Below are positions 40,406 through 49,335 of a stretch of 64,000 nucleotides of DNA, in pieces. Position 1 is the stretch's first letter. Each line of letters starts with the position of its first letter. The position numbers were made by a program, and so were the translations under genes. The stretch lies in assembly GCA_017645905.1 (NCBI GenBank), contig JAGCNO010000127.1:3756-67755 (forward strand), read 5' to 3'. This DNA is from Prevotella sp. Lineage in GTDB: Bacteria; Bacteroidota; Bacteroidia; Bacteroidales; Bacteroidaceae. The notes below the pieces were generated by a model that made no database searches, was not told where the DNA came from, and worked only from the letters and a program-made list of their open reading frames with translations.

Positions 40406-42619
40406 CTATCTTATGAATAGCAGCTCACGATATTTCGGCAGTGGCCAGAGAGCATCGTCGACGATGAGTTCCAGCTTGTCTATCTGGTAGCGGATTTCAT
40501 CGAGTTTCGGCTCCACCTTGTCGTGGTAGGCGATAGCCTTCTCATGCTCGCCCTCAATCTTGTTGGCCAGTTTACGGGCGTTGACCAGTTCCTCGACACC
40601 TTTCTCAATGGCACTTGTGCGCTCAGCGATCTCCTCGATAATCTTGAGGTTACGGGCGTTGAGTTTCTCGGCCTTATTAATCGGGAAGACGGTAGAGACG
40701 CTGTCGACATTCTTCAGCAACTGGCTCTGATAACGGGTGGCGACGGGGATAATGTGGTTCATCGAGAGATCGCCCAGTACGCGGGCCTCAATCTGAATCT
40801 TCTTGGTGTAGGTTTCCCACTTCACCTCGTTGCGGGCCTCGAGTTCTTTCTTCGTCATCACGCCTAAGCTCTCGAACATATCAATGCTCTCCTTGTCGAG
40901 ATAACGCTCGAAAATCTTCGGACAGCTCTTCTCGACGTCCAAGCCGCGTTTCTCTGCCTCGATGACCCACTCGTCGGAGTAGCCGTTGCCGTCGAAGCGG
41001 ATGGGTTTGCAGGTCTTGATGTCCTCGCGCAGCACGTCGATGATGGCGTGGTACTTAGCGCTGTGCTCTGTGCCAGCGAGTTTCTTTTCGAACTCAGGAA
41101 TCTTGGCGTCCACACGCTTTTTGAAGCTAACAAGGGCTTCAGCCACAGCACTATTCAAGGCTATCATTGCCGATGCGCAGTTTGCCTCTGAGCCTACGGC
41201 ACGGAACTCGAAACGGTTACCGGTGAAGGCAAAAGGCGACGTACGGTTACGGTCGGTGTTGTCGATGAGCAGCTCAGGAATCTCAGGGATGTCCATCTTC
41301 AGGCCCTGCTTGCCTGTCATAGCGAGGAAGTCCTTGTCGGCCTTCTCGATATGGTCGAGCAGTTCGCTGACCTGCTTGCCAAGGAACGACGACACGATGG
41401 CGGGAGGAGCTTCGTTTGCACCCAGACGGTGTGCGTTAGTGGCACTCATGATGGAGGCTTTGAGCAGTCCGTTGTGCTTATAGACACCCATCAGGGTCTC
41501 GACGATGAACGTGGCGAAGCGCAGGTTTGCCTCTGGGGTCTTGCCAGGAGCATGCAGCAGGATGCCGTTGTCAGTAGAAAGACTCCAGTTGTTGTGCTTA
41601 CCGCTACCATTGATGCCTGCAAATGGCTTTTCATGGAGCAACACGCGGAATCCATGCTTGCGGGCCACCTTCTTCATCAGCGACATCAGCATCATGTTAT
41701 GGTCAACGGCCAGGTTCGTTTCCTCGAAGATAGGAGCCAGCTCAAACTGGTTAGGAGCCACCTCGTTGTGGCGCGTCTTACAGGGTACGCCCAGCTCCAG
41801 CGCCTGAATCTCCAGGTCACGCATGAAAGCAGCCACACGCTCGGGGATGCTTCCAAAGTAGTGGTCGTCCATCTGCTGGTTCTTGGCAGAGTCGTGTCCC
41901 ATCAGCGTACGTCCAGTCAGCAGCAGGTCAGGACGGGCGGCATAGAGACCTTCGTCAACCAGGAAGTACTCCTGTTCCCAACCAAGGTTTGAGGTTACCT
42001 TCTTCACGGCGGGGTCAAAGTAATGGCATACATCGACGGCGGCTACGTTGACGGCATGAAGGGCACGGAGCAGCGGTGCCTTATAGTCGAGTGCCTCACC
42101 GCTATAACTTATAAATACTGTGGGGATGCAGAGTGTGTCGTCGATGATGAAGACGGGCGATGTCGGATCCCATGCCGAGTAGCCGCGAGCCTCGAAAGTT
42201 GAGCGGATACCGCCAGAAGGGAACGATGAGGCATCAGGCTCCTGCTGAACAAGCAGCTTGCCCGTGAACTCCTCGACCATACCGCCCTTTCCGTCGTGCT
42301 CGATAAACGAGTCGTGCTTCTCGGCAGTACCTTCCGTAAGCGGCTGGAACCAGTGGGTATAGTGTGTCACACCGCTCTCTATTGCCCACTGCTTCATGCC
42401 AGCTGCCACTGCGTCGGCAATATCACGATCCAGACGGGCACCATTGTCCATCACGTCAATCATCTTCTCATAGACCTGCTTCGGCAGATACTTGTACATC
42501 TTCTCACGGTTGAAGACCTTCTTGCCAAAATACTCGTAAGGTCTCTCACTGGGTGTTTTTACGTCGAGCGGCTTCTTCTTGAATGCCTCACCGACAACCT
42601 GAAATCTTAAAGCTTCCAT
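40406..42619 (-). CDS. glnA: Glutamine synthetase type III
   Basis: 737 aa; HWFQPLT...AEKHD, EPDASSFP, HEKPFAGINGSGKHNNWS, DRNRTSPFAFTGN. Confidence 0.96.
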   Translation of the reverse strand: MEALRFQVVGEAFKKKPLDVKTPSERPYEYFGKKVFNREKMYKYLPKQVYEKMIDVMDNGARLDRDIADAVAAGMKQWAIESGVTHYTHWFQPLTEGTAEKHDSFIEHDGKGGMVEEFTGKLLVQQEPDASSFPSGGIRSTFEARGYSAWDPTSPVFIIDDTLCIPTVFISYSGEALDYKAPLLRALHAVNVAAVDVCHYFDPAVKKVTSNLGWEQEYFLVDEGLYAARPDLLLTGRTLMGHDSAKNQQMDDHYFGSIPERVAAFMRDLEIQALELGVPCKTRHNEVAPNQFELAPIFEETNLAVDHNMMLMSLMKKVARKHGFRVLLHEKPFAGINGSGKHNNWSLSTDNGILLHAPGKTPEANLRFATFIVETLMGVYKHNGLLKASIMSATNAHRLGANEAPPAIVSSFLGKQVSELLDHIEKADKDFLAMTGKQGLKMDIPEIPELLIDNTDRNRTSPFAFTGNRFEFRAVGSEANCASAMIALNSAVAEALVSFKKRVDAKIPEFEKKLAGTEHSAKYHAIIDVLREDIKTCKPIRFDGNGYSDEWVIEAEKRGLDVEKSCPKIFERYLDKESIDMFESLGVMTKKELEARNEVKWETYTKKIQIEARVLGDLSMNHIIPVATRYQSQLLKNVDSVSTVFPINKAEKLNARNLKIIEEIAERTSAIEKGVEELVNARKLANKIEGEHEKAIAYHDKVEPKLDEIRYQIDKLELIVDDALWPLPKYRELLFIR

Positions 42620-42666
42620 AATGTTACTTTTTTTAGAATTAATATCATTTTGATTGTTTGATGGTG

Positions 42667-42816
42667 CAAAGGTACTACAATTTGTTGCAGAAACCTGTTA
42701 TCGTTTTTACTTTTTGTTTGTTAAAAACCTTATTGTCTTACAATTTGTAAAATTCTAAGACTATTTTGCTTTCCATTTGCTAACACTTTGCACTCAATTC
42801 CTGTCATTTCGTTACA
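42667..42816 (-). promoter_or_regulatory. glnA promoter with three-box nitrogen motif
   Basis: TGTAACGAAATGACAG (42801-16), TTTACAAA (42744-51), GTTTTTAACAAACAAA (42713-28), TACCTTTG (42667-74). Confidence 0.8.
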
Positions 42817-42839
42817 TTCTGTCATCAGATGCAAAACAG

Positions 42840-42879
42840 AAAAAAATCCTCCCCCTATCATCAAGACAGGGAGAGGATT
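42840..42879 (-). terminator. Terminator of the glnK-amtB-porin operon
   Basis: AATCCTC...GAGGATT hairpin followed by a U-tract on the minus strand. Confidence 0.7.
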
Positions 42880-42892
42880 CGCACCTGGAAGA

Positions 42893-43639
42893 TTAAGGTT
42901 GCAGCGTAAACCCAAAGACCAGGTATGCTTTCTGTGAGCACGGGTTGCCGACCACCTGTCCGAAAACGGGTATCGAGAACGTGTCTGTCACTTTGATGTC
43001 CTTCGTGGCTGTCAGCGAAACATTAGTTACAGCAAAGCCCGACGTCCAGCCATTATAGAAACTGGTGGCAAAGGGGACGGCACCGACCGTAGCAGTCCAA
43101 TCTATGGCAGACAGTTTGAATGGGACAACTACTTCCGCGTAACTGCTGTAGGCCCGCTTGCCGTCCTTATTTATGCCGTCATTGCCAGCAAAGTTAGTAA
43201 ACCATTGTACAGAAGCTACTCCAAAATCGTAACCAATGTTGGCCTCGAAGACGTGGTTCGTACCGTGGGTGTCGTACTTGAAGTAACGTCCCTCTGGGTC
43301 AAGGCCACCTCTGTCGAACCAGTAGTCGGTCATGCCAATATTGAAACCGCCAATGGTATAAGCCAGCGTCAGGTCGAACTCCTTCGTGTCGGCGGTATTT
43401 ACAAGTCCGTAGCTGCCCCACGCTGACAGCGACAATCCCTTATACTCCACGCCCAGCATCGGCTGAACGGCAGCACTTCCTAAATCCTGACCACGCCAGA
43501 TATAACTACTAACGATATCACCACTAAGCGAGAGATCCACCCCCGACCCCTCCTGTGAAGGGAGGGGAGTAGTTACCTGTGCTGACATGGGAAACACTAT
43601 CGCTGATACAAATACGCTAATAATAATTCTTGTTTTCAT
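42893..43639 (-). CDS. Putative outer-membrane beta-barrel (TorF-like)
   Basis: Signal peptide; DIVSSYIWRG...AVQP, EFDL motifs; C-terminal alternating pattern YLVFGFTL. Confidence 0.65.
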   Translation of the reverse strand: MKTRIIISVFVSAIVFPMSAQVTTPLPSQEGSGVDLSLSGDIVSSYIWRGQDLGSAAVQPMLGVEYKGLSLSAWGSYGLVNTADTKEFDLTLAYTIGGFNIGMTDYWFDRGGLDPEGRYFKYDTHGTNHVFEANIGYDFGVASVQWFTNFAGNDGINKDGKRAYSSYAEVVVPFKLSAIDWTATVGAVPFATSFYNGWTSGFAVTNVSLTATKDIKVTDTFSIPVFGQVVGNPCSQKAYLVFGFTLQP

Positions 43640-43714
43640 AATTCATTTTTTTTGATTATTCTGTTTCTTTACTAATCACTCCCCTCCATTTAGGGAGGGG
43701 CTGGGGGTGGGTCT
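43533..43714. repeat. Family A arms (43533-43571 and 43677-43714) bracketing a start codon
   Basis: Same CCCCTCC..GGAGGGG arms in inverted orientation, 105-nt spacer. Confidence 0.85.
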
Positions 43715-43715
43715 C

Positions 43716-44963
43716 TTAGTTATAACACAATTCACCATGTTCATAAACATCGAGGCCTTCCTCTTCAATGCGTTTGTCCACGCGCAGACCATGCAGTTTC
43801 TTAATGCCGTAGAACAAGGCGACACCACAGGCGGCAGCCCAAAGGTCGATAACCAGAATACCAAAGCACTCAGCACCGAAGAATCCCCAGCCGAAGCCGT
43901 AGAAGGCACCGTTGCTGGTAGACAGCAGACCCGTCATCAGCGTACCCAGAATACCACAGACACCGTGTACTGAGCTGGCACCTACGGGATCGTCGATATG
44001 CAGTTTGTGGTCGATAAACTCGATGGCATAGACTAGTACGATACCACATACCAGGCCGATAATGACGGCTCCGAATGGCGATACAAGATCACAACCAGCC
44101 GTGATACCTACGAGACCAGCCAGCACACCGTTCAAGGTCAGTGATAGTGAGGGCTTGCCGTATTTCGCATAGGTGAGGAACATCGTTGCCACACCACCTG
44201 CGGCTGCTGCAAGGTTCGTGGTCAGGAACACATGCGAGATTGCGATGCGGTTCACTTCACCACTTGCAGCCAACTGCGAACCGGGGTTGAAACCGAACCA
44301 TCCGAGCCAGAGGATGAACACACCTAAAGAAGCGATCATGAGGTTGTGGCCAGGAATAGCGTTGCTCTTGCCTTCCTTGCTGTACTTACCGATACGGGGA
44401 CCAAGGGCGATAGCACCAATAAGAGCCAGCACACCACCTACGCTATGCACGATGGCAGAACCTGCGAAATCGTGGAACACGTCGCCGAAGGTTGTCATCA
44501 TAAACGAGTCAGCAGCATCATTGCAGAGCCAGCCTCCGCCCCACGTCCAGTGTCCCTCGATAGGATAGATGAACAGCGAGATAACTGCACTATAAATAAG
44601 GTACATCGAGAACTTCGTGCGCTCGGCCATAGCACCGCTGACGATGGTGGCAGAGGTGGCGCAGAATACGGTCTCAAAAATCAGGAAACCCTCTACGGGC
44701 AGGTCGCCCTTGTAGAAACTCAGGTCGCCCCAATTGGGTGCGCCAATGAAACCTGCGCCTTCGCTTCCGAACATAAAGCCGAAGCCGAGGAAGAAGAACA
44801 GCAACGAGCCGAACATGAAGTCGACAAAGTTCTTCATCAGGATGTTCGCCGTGTTCTTACTACGCGTAAAACCTGCTTCACACAGCGCAAAGCCCGGCTG
44901 CATCCAGAAAACCAACATGGCTGCCAATAGCATCCATACAGTATCAAGTGATAAGTTATCCAT
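43716..44963 (-). CDS. amtB: Ammonium transporter
   Basis: MQPGFA, DFAGSAIVH, GWFGFN, DDPVGASSVHG (twin His). Confidence 0.95.
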   Translation of the reverse strand: MDNLSLDTVWMLLAAMLVFWMQPGFALCEAGFTRSKNTANILMKNFVDFMFGSLLFFFLGFGFMFGSEGAGFIGAPNWGDLSFYKGDLPVEGFLIFETVFCATSATIVSGAMAERTKFSMYLIYSAVISLFIYPIEGHWTWGGGWLCNDAADSFMMTTFGDVFHDFAGSAIVHSVGGVLALIGAIALGPRIGKYSKEGKSNAIPGHNLMIASLGVFILWLGWFGFNPGSQLAASGEVNRIAISHVFLTTNLAAAAGGVATMFLTYAKYGKPSLSLTLNGVLAGLVGITAGCDLVSPFGAVIIGLVCGIVLVYAIEFIDHKLHIDDPVGASSVHGVCGILGTLMTGLLSTSNGAFYGFGWGFFGAECFGILVIDLWAAACGVALFYGIKKLHGLRVDKRIEEEGLDVYEHGELCYN

Positions 44964-44973
44964 AATCTTTCTA

Positions 44974-45106
44974 AGCCCCCTAAGTTAGGGGGTTGGGGGT
45001 CTGAACAGGCGTTCTTTGCCCCGTTTAAGTGTTAATAATTTGTGTTAGTGTAATTAAGTCAGAGTCTGCCTTTGTTCAGACCCCCATCCCCCTAACTTAG
45101 GGGGCT
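44974..45106. repeat. Family B palindromic doublet
   Basis: AGCCCCCTAAGTTAGGGGGTTGGGGGTCTGAACA with an inverted copy at 45073-45106. Confidence 0.9.
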
Positions 45107-45110
45107 AAAG

Positions 45111-45458
45111 TTACTTTTTGTCTCGTAACACCGTGTCACCGTTTTCGCCCGTACGGATAGACCACGTGTCTATCACGTCGCTCACGAAGATGCGACCGTC
45201 GCCGACCTCGCCCGTGTGGGCAACCTTGAGAATCACCTTCACCGTCGGGTCGAGAAAAATGTCACGACAAACGATGGTAATGGCGACTCGCTCGATGACA
45301 TCGGTGGAGTACTGCACGCCACGATAGATGCGCTCCTGACGGCTCTGGCCAATGCCGTGCACGTCGTGGTACTCAAACCAGTCGATGTCTGAAGAAAGCA
45401 AAGCAGCTTTCACCTCCTCGAACTTCGTCTTGCGGATAATTGCTTCAATCTTTTTCAT
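45111..45458 (-). CDS. glnK: PII nitrogen regulatory protein
   Basis: MKKIEAIIR, YRGVQY T-loop, TGEVGDGRIFV, IRTGE; directly upstream of amtB. Confidence 0.92.
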   Translation of the reverse strand: MKKIEAIIRKTKFEEVKAALLSSDIDWFEYHDVHGIGQSRQERIYRGVQYSTDVIERVAITIVCRDIFLDPTVKVILKVAHTGEVGDGRIFVSDVIDTWSIRTGENGDTVLRDKK

Positions 45459-45525
45459 ACCTTTTTACCTTATTAAATTAATACTAAACCCTATCATTGG
45501 GTTACACTTTGTTGTTTTGATGGTG

Positions 45526-45673
45526 CAAAGTTACGACACTTTGCATAATATGACAAGAAGGTGCTTTCATTTTGTTTGTTAAAAACATCACAAACTATCG
45601 TTTTGTAAAAAGAAAGGTTCTTCTCCTTTCTTTTCATTATCACTTTGCGTACAAAAACTGCTATTTCGTTACA
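45526..45673 (-). promoter_or_regulatory. glnK promoter with three-box nitrogen motif
   Basis: TGTAACGAAATAGCAG (45658-73), TTTACAAA (45602-09), GTTTTTAACAAACAAA (45571-86), TAACTTTG (45526-33). Confidence 0.8.
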
Positions 45674-45725
45674 AAGTGTCAAATATTATATTAATGTGTG
45701 CGGACACAACGTTTTGTATGACAAC

Positions 45726-45760
45726 AAAAAAATCCGCGAAACCTCAATAAGTTTCGCGGA
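45726..45760 (-). terminator. Terminator after dapL
   Basis: TCCGCGAAAC/GTTTCGCGGA stem followed by U7. Confidence 0.8.
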
Positions 45761-45787
45761 ATAGCTATTAAGTGATAAAGCGTTTTG

Positions 45788-47023
45788 TCAACCTTTGCTC
45801 CAAACCTTGATGCGATTCAGGGCCTCTTCTGTCTTCTCGTGACTGCCGAAGGCGGTGAAGCGGACATAGCCCTCGCCGGAGGGACCAAAGCCGACACCGG
45901 GGGTGCAGACGACGTTAGCGCCATAGAGCAAGGCCTCGAAGAATTGCCAGGACGACATGCCATCGGGACAGCGCATCCAGACGTAGGGGGCATTCTCGCC
46001 GCCGTAGCATTCGTAGCCGAGGCTTCTTAAAACGGAGAGCATCTTCTTAGCGTTCTGCATATAGTAGCCGATGGTGGCCTTGACCTGAGCCTTGCCTTCT
46101 GGCGAGTAGATGGCCTCGGCGGCACGCTGGGAGATATAGCTGCAGCCGTTGAACTTGGTGCACTGACGGCGCAGCCACAACTGGTTGAGTGATATGCGCT
46201 CGCCCTCAAAAGTGCTGACGGTGACCTCTTTCGGCACGATGGTATAGCCGCAACGGACGCCTGTAAAGCCCGCCGTCTTGGAATAGGAACGGAACTCGAC
46301 GGCGCACTTGCGGGCTCCGCGAATCTCGTAGATGGAGTGCGGTATTTTTGGGTCCTGAATGTAGGCTTGATAGGCAGCATCGTAAAGAATCAAGGCATCG
46401 CTCTTTAGGGCGTAGTTCACCCACTTGCGCAGTTCCTGTTTGGAGATAACCGTACCTGTTGGGTTGTTGGGGTAGCAGAGATAGATGACATCGACGGGGC
46501 GGCCCTTGGGAAGTTCCGGCACAAAACCGTTCTCTGCATGGGTGGGCATATAGCGTACATTGGTCCAACGCCCATCGCGAAAGGTGCCGCAACGGCCTAT
46601 CATTACATTGGAGTCGATGTAGACGGGATAGATGGGGTCGGTCACGCCAATAAAGTTGTCCCAGTGGAGCAACTCCTGGAAATTGCCTGTGTCGGACTTA
46701 GCACCGTCGTTGATGAAGACCTCGTCGATATCGAGGTGGATGCCACGCGGCAGGAAGTCGTTCTTCAGGATGGCTTCGCGAAGGAAGTCATAACCTTGCT
46801 CAGGACCGTAGCCGCGGAATCCCTCGGCGGTAGCCATCTCGTCGACAGCCTTGTGCATGGCCTCGGTGACGGCAGGACACAGCGGTTGGGTGACGTCGCC
46901 GATGCCGAGACTGATGACGTCGGCACCTGGGTGCATCACCTTAAAGGCGTTGACCTTCTTGGCAATGTCAGCGAACAGGTAGTTGTTCTGGAGGTTCAGG
47001 AAGTGAATGTTTACTAATGCCAT
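45788..47023 (-). CDS. dapL: LL-diaminopimelate aminotransferase
   Basis: YLFADI, GIGDVTQP, GYGPEQGY, DGAKSD, SYSKTAGFTGVR. Confidence 0.95.
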   Translation of the reverse strand: MALVNIHFLNLQNNYLFADIAKKVNAFKVMHPGADVISLGIGDVTQPLCPAVTEAMHKAVDEMATAEGFRGYGPEQGYDFLREAILKNDFLPRGIHLDIDEVFINDGAKSDTGNFQELLHWDNFIGVTDPIYPVYIDSNVMIGRCGTFRDGRWTNVRYMPTHAENGFVPELPKGRPVDVIYLCYPNNPTGTVISKQELRKWVNYALKSDALILYDAAYQAYIQDPKIPHSIYEIRGARKCAVEFRSYSKTAGFTGVRCGYTIVPKEVTVSTFEGERISLNQLWLRRQCTKFNGCSYISQRAAEAIYSPEGKAQVKATIGYYMQNAKKMLSVLRSLGYECYGGENAPYVWMRCPDGMSSWQFFEALLYGANVVCTPGVGFGPSGEGYVRFTAFGSHEKTEEALNRIKVWSKG

Positions 47024-47029
47024 ATTTCG

Positions 47030-47147
47030 AGCCCCCTAAGTTAGGAGGTTGGGGATCTGAACAAGCGTTTATCAGACCTTTTTAATTACTACTTTTCGCA
47101 GGGGACTGCGCCTGTTCAGCCCCCCGTCACCCCCTAACGTAGGGGGC
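47030..47147. repeat. Family B palindromic doublet overlapping the dapF stop codon
   Basis: Arms at 47030-47063 and 47113-47147 match 44974-45106. Confidence 0.85.
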
Positions 47148-47945
47148 ATAGGCTTCGCCATCAAAGACGAATTCGGCGGGACCGGTCATGAGGACGTGAT
47201 TATCACTCTCGCGCAGTTCTACGTTGAGCGTACCACCGTCCATGGCAATCTGTGACTGGCGACCAGCACGCCCCGTGATGAAGGCTGCAACTGCTGTGGC
47301 GCAGGCGCCTGTACCACAAGCCTGAGTAATGCCGCTGCCACGCTCCCAGACTCGAGTGCGGATGATTCCATCATTTTCTATACGAGCAAACTCGATATTG
47401 CAACGCTGTGGGAAGGCGGGATGATGCTCAAGGACGCGCCCCGTCTCGGCGACTTGATCAACATTGTCTGTGAAGATGACGTAATGGGGGTTGCCCATAG
47501 AGACAAAGATTCCCTTGTCCAGTCCACATGACGTTACATACTGCTCTGGGTTTTCGAGTTGGGGTGTACCCATGTCAACGGTGACGCTCTCCACCACGCC
47601 GTCGCTGACGTGGAGGTTGAGCGTCTTGATGCCTGAATTTGTAAGCAATCGTATTTGTCTTTGTGTTGTGATAGCTCTCTCAAAGAGATATTTCCCTATA
47701 CACCGCGAAGCATTGCCGCACATCATCGCCTCAGAGCCGTCGGCATTGAAGATGTGCATGCTGTAGTCGGCCTCGGGGATCGGCGATGCACCAATCAGCA
47801 CCAGTCCGTCGCTGCCGATGCCCTTGTGGCGATCGCTCCAAAGGATGGATGCCTGCACAGGGTCGGCGATGGGGTACTGCATGGCATTGACGTAGATATA
47901 GTCGTTGCCACAACCGTGCATCTTGGTGAATCTGATCTTACTCAT
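47127..47945 (-). CDS. dapF: Diaminopimelate epimerase
   Basis: [37 protein letters not shown]; start MSKIRF overlaps the gltD stop. Confidence 0.95.
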   Translation of the reverse strand: MSKIRFTKMHGCGNDYIYVNAMQYPIADPVQASILWSDRHKGIGSDGLVLIGASPIPEADYSMHIFNADGSEAMMCGNASRCIGKYLFERAITTQRQIRLLTNSGIKTLNLHVSDGVVESVTVDMGTPQLENPEQYVTSCGLDKGIFVSMGNPHYVIFTDNVDQVAETGRVLEHHPAFPQRCNIEFARIENDGIIRTRVWERGSGITQACGTGACATAVAAFITGRAGRQSQIAMDGGTLNVELRESDNHVLMTGPAEFVFDGEAYAPYVRG

Positions 47946-49300
47946 TTCGAAAGAAATTGATTGACTTTTGCTGCTGTCTGCTTGCCGCTGGCCATAGCGC
48001 GAACTACAAGCGAAGCACCGTTGGCGGAGTCGCCGCATACGAAGACATTCTCAGGATACTCTGGATGCTCTGGTTTCAGGAAGCCCATAGCCAGCAAAAC
48101 GAGTTCGGCTTTGATGATTTCAGGCTCGCCTTTCTCTACCATGATGGGGCGACCGCCGTTGGGATTCGGCTCCCAATCGATTTCCTGCACTTTGACGCCA
48201 ATAAGTTTGCCATCCTTGCCCAGGAACTCCAAGGTGTTGATGTTCCAGCGGCGGGTGCAGCCCTCCTCATGACTCGATGTTGTCTTGAGTGTGCGAGGCC
48301 AGTTGGGCCAGGGGTTCTGCGGGTCTTCAGGACCTTCAACGGGCTTGGGCATAATCTCAATCTGTGTTACGCTCTTGCAACCTTGGCGATGGGCGGTGCC
48401 AATGCAGTCGGAGCCGGTATCACCGCCGCCGATGACGAGGACGTCCTTGCCCTTGGCAGTAATGCGCTCATCCTTAGAGAACTCGATGCCGGCGAGGACG
48501 CGGTTCTGCTGGGAGAGGAGCTCGAGTGCGAAATGGACGCCCTTCAGTTCTCGGCCTGGTGCCTTGAGATCGCGAGCGGTGGGGGTGCCGGATGCTAATA
48601 CCACTGCGTCGAACTCGGCGGAGAGATGCGATGAAATCGCATCTGAAGAAACGGGACAGTTGTACTTAAACTCGATGTCCTCAGCCTCCAATAACTTAAT
48701 GCGGCGGTCGATGATGGCCTTGTTGAGTTTGAAGTTTGGAATGCCGTAGCGCAACAGTCCGCCTGCGGCCTCGTTCTTCTCGAAGACGGTTACCTGATAG
48801 CCCATCAGGTTCAGGTCGTTGGCGGCGGCAAGTCCGGCAGGGCCGGCACCAATAACTGCCACCTTCTTGCCATTGCGCACAATGTCGGTCATTGGTTGGA
48901 TGAAACCCTCGCGGAAGGCAGCCTCGATGATGGCAGCCTCGTCCTCACGGTTAGTTGTCGGCTCGTGGTTGAAGCGGTTCAGCACACAGGCCTTTTCGCA
49001 AAGAGCAGGACAGATACGACCTGTGAACTCAGGGAAAGGATTGGTGGAAGTCAGGAGCTTATAGGCCAGCTCCCAGTCACCCTTATACAGTGCATCATTC
49101 CATTCGGGTGCTTTATTGCCCAGCGGACATGCCCAATGGCAGAAAGGCACGCCACAGTCCATGCAGCGCGATGCCTGCAGTTTACGTTCGCGAGTGTTGA
49201 GCGTCTGTTCTACCTCGCTGAAGTCGTGGATTCTATCTTGTATCGGACGGTATCCCGCCTCCTGGCGGTGTATCTCCAGAAATGCTTTCGGATTTCCCAT
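47942..49300 (-). CDS. gltD: Glutamate synthase small subunit
   Basis: [34 protein letters not shown]. Confidence 0.96.
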   Translation of the reverse strand: MGNPKAFLEIHRQEAGYRPIQDRIHDFSEVEQTLNTRERKLQASRCMDCGVPFCHWACPLGNKAPEWNDALYKGDWELAYKLLTSTNPFPEFTGRICPALCEKACVLNRFNHEPTTNREDEAAIIEAAFREGFIQPMTDIVRNGKKVAVIGAGPAGLAAANDLNLMGYQVTVFEKNEAAGGLLRYGIPNFKLNKAIIDRRIKLLEAEDIEFKYNCPVSSDAISSHLSAEFDAVVLASGTPTARDLKAPGRELKGVHFALELLSQQNRVLAGIEFSKDERITAKGKDVLVIGGGDTGSDCIGTAHRQGCKSVTQIEIMPKPVEGPEDPQNPWPNWPRTLKTTSSHEEGCTRRWNINTLEFLGKDGKLIGVKVQEIDWEPNPNGGRPIMVEKGEPEIIKAELVLLAMGFLKPEHPEYPENVFVCGDSANGASLVVRAMASGKQTAAKVNQFLSK

Positions 49301-49335
49301 TGTAATTTACAATTTGACAATTTACCATTTACCAT

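Noticed and set aside
45788-47945. dapL/dapF inside a nitrogen cluster as a novelty
   Set aside because: To my knowledge this linkage with GSIII, PII and Amt is common in Bacteroidales.
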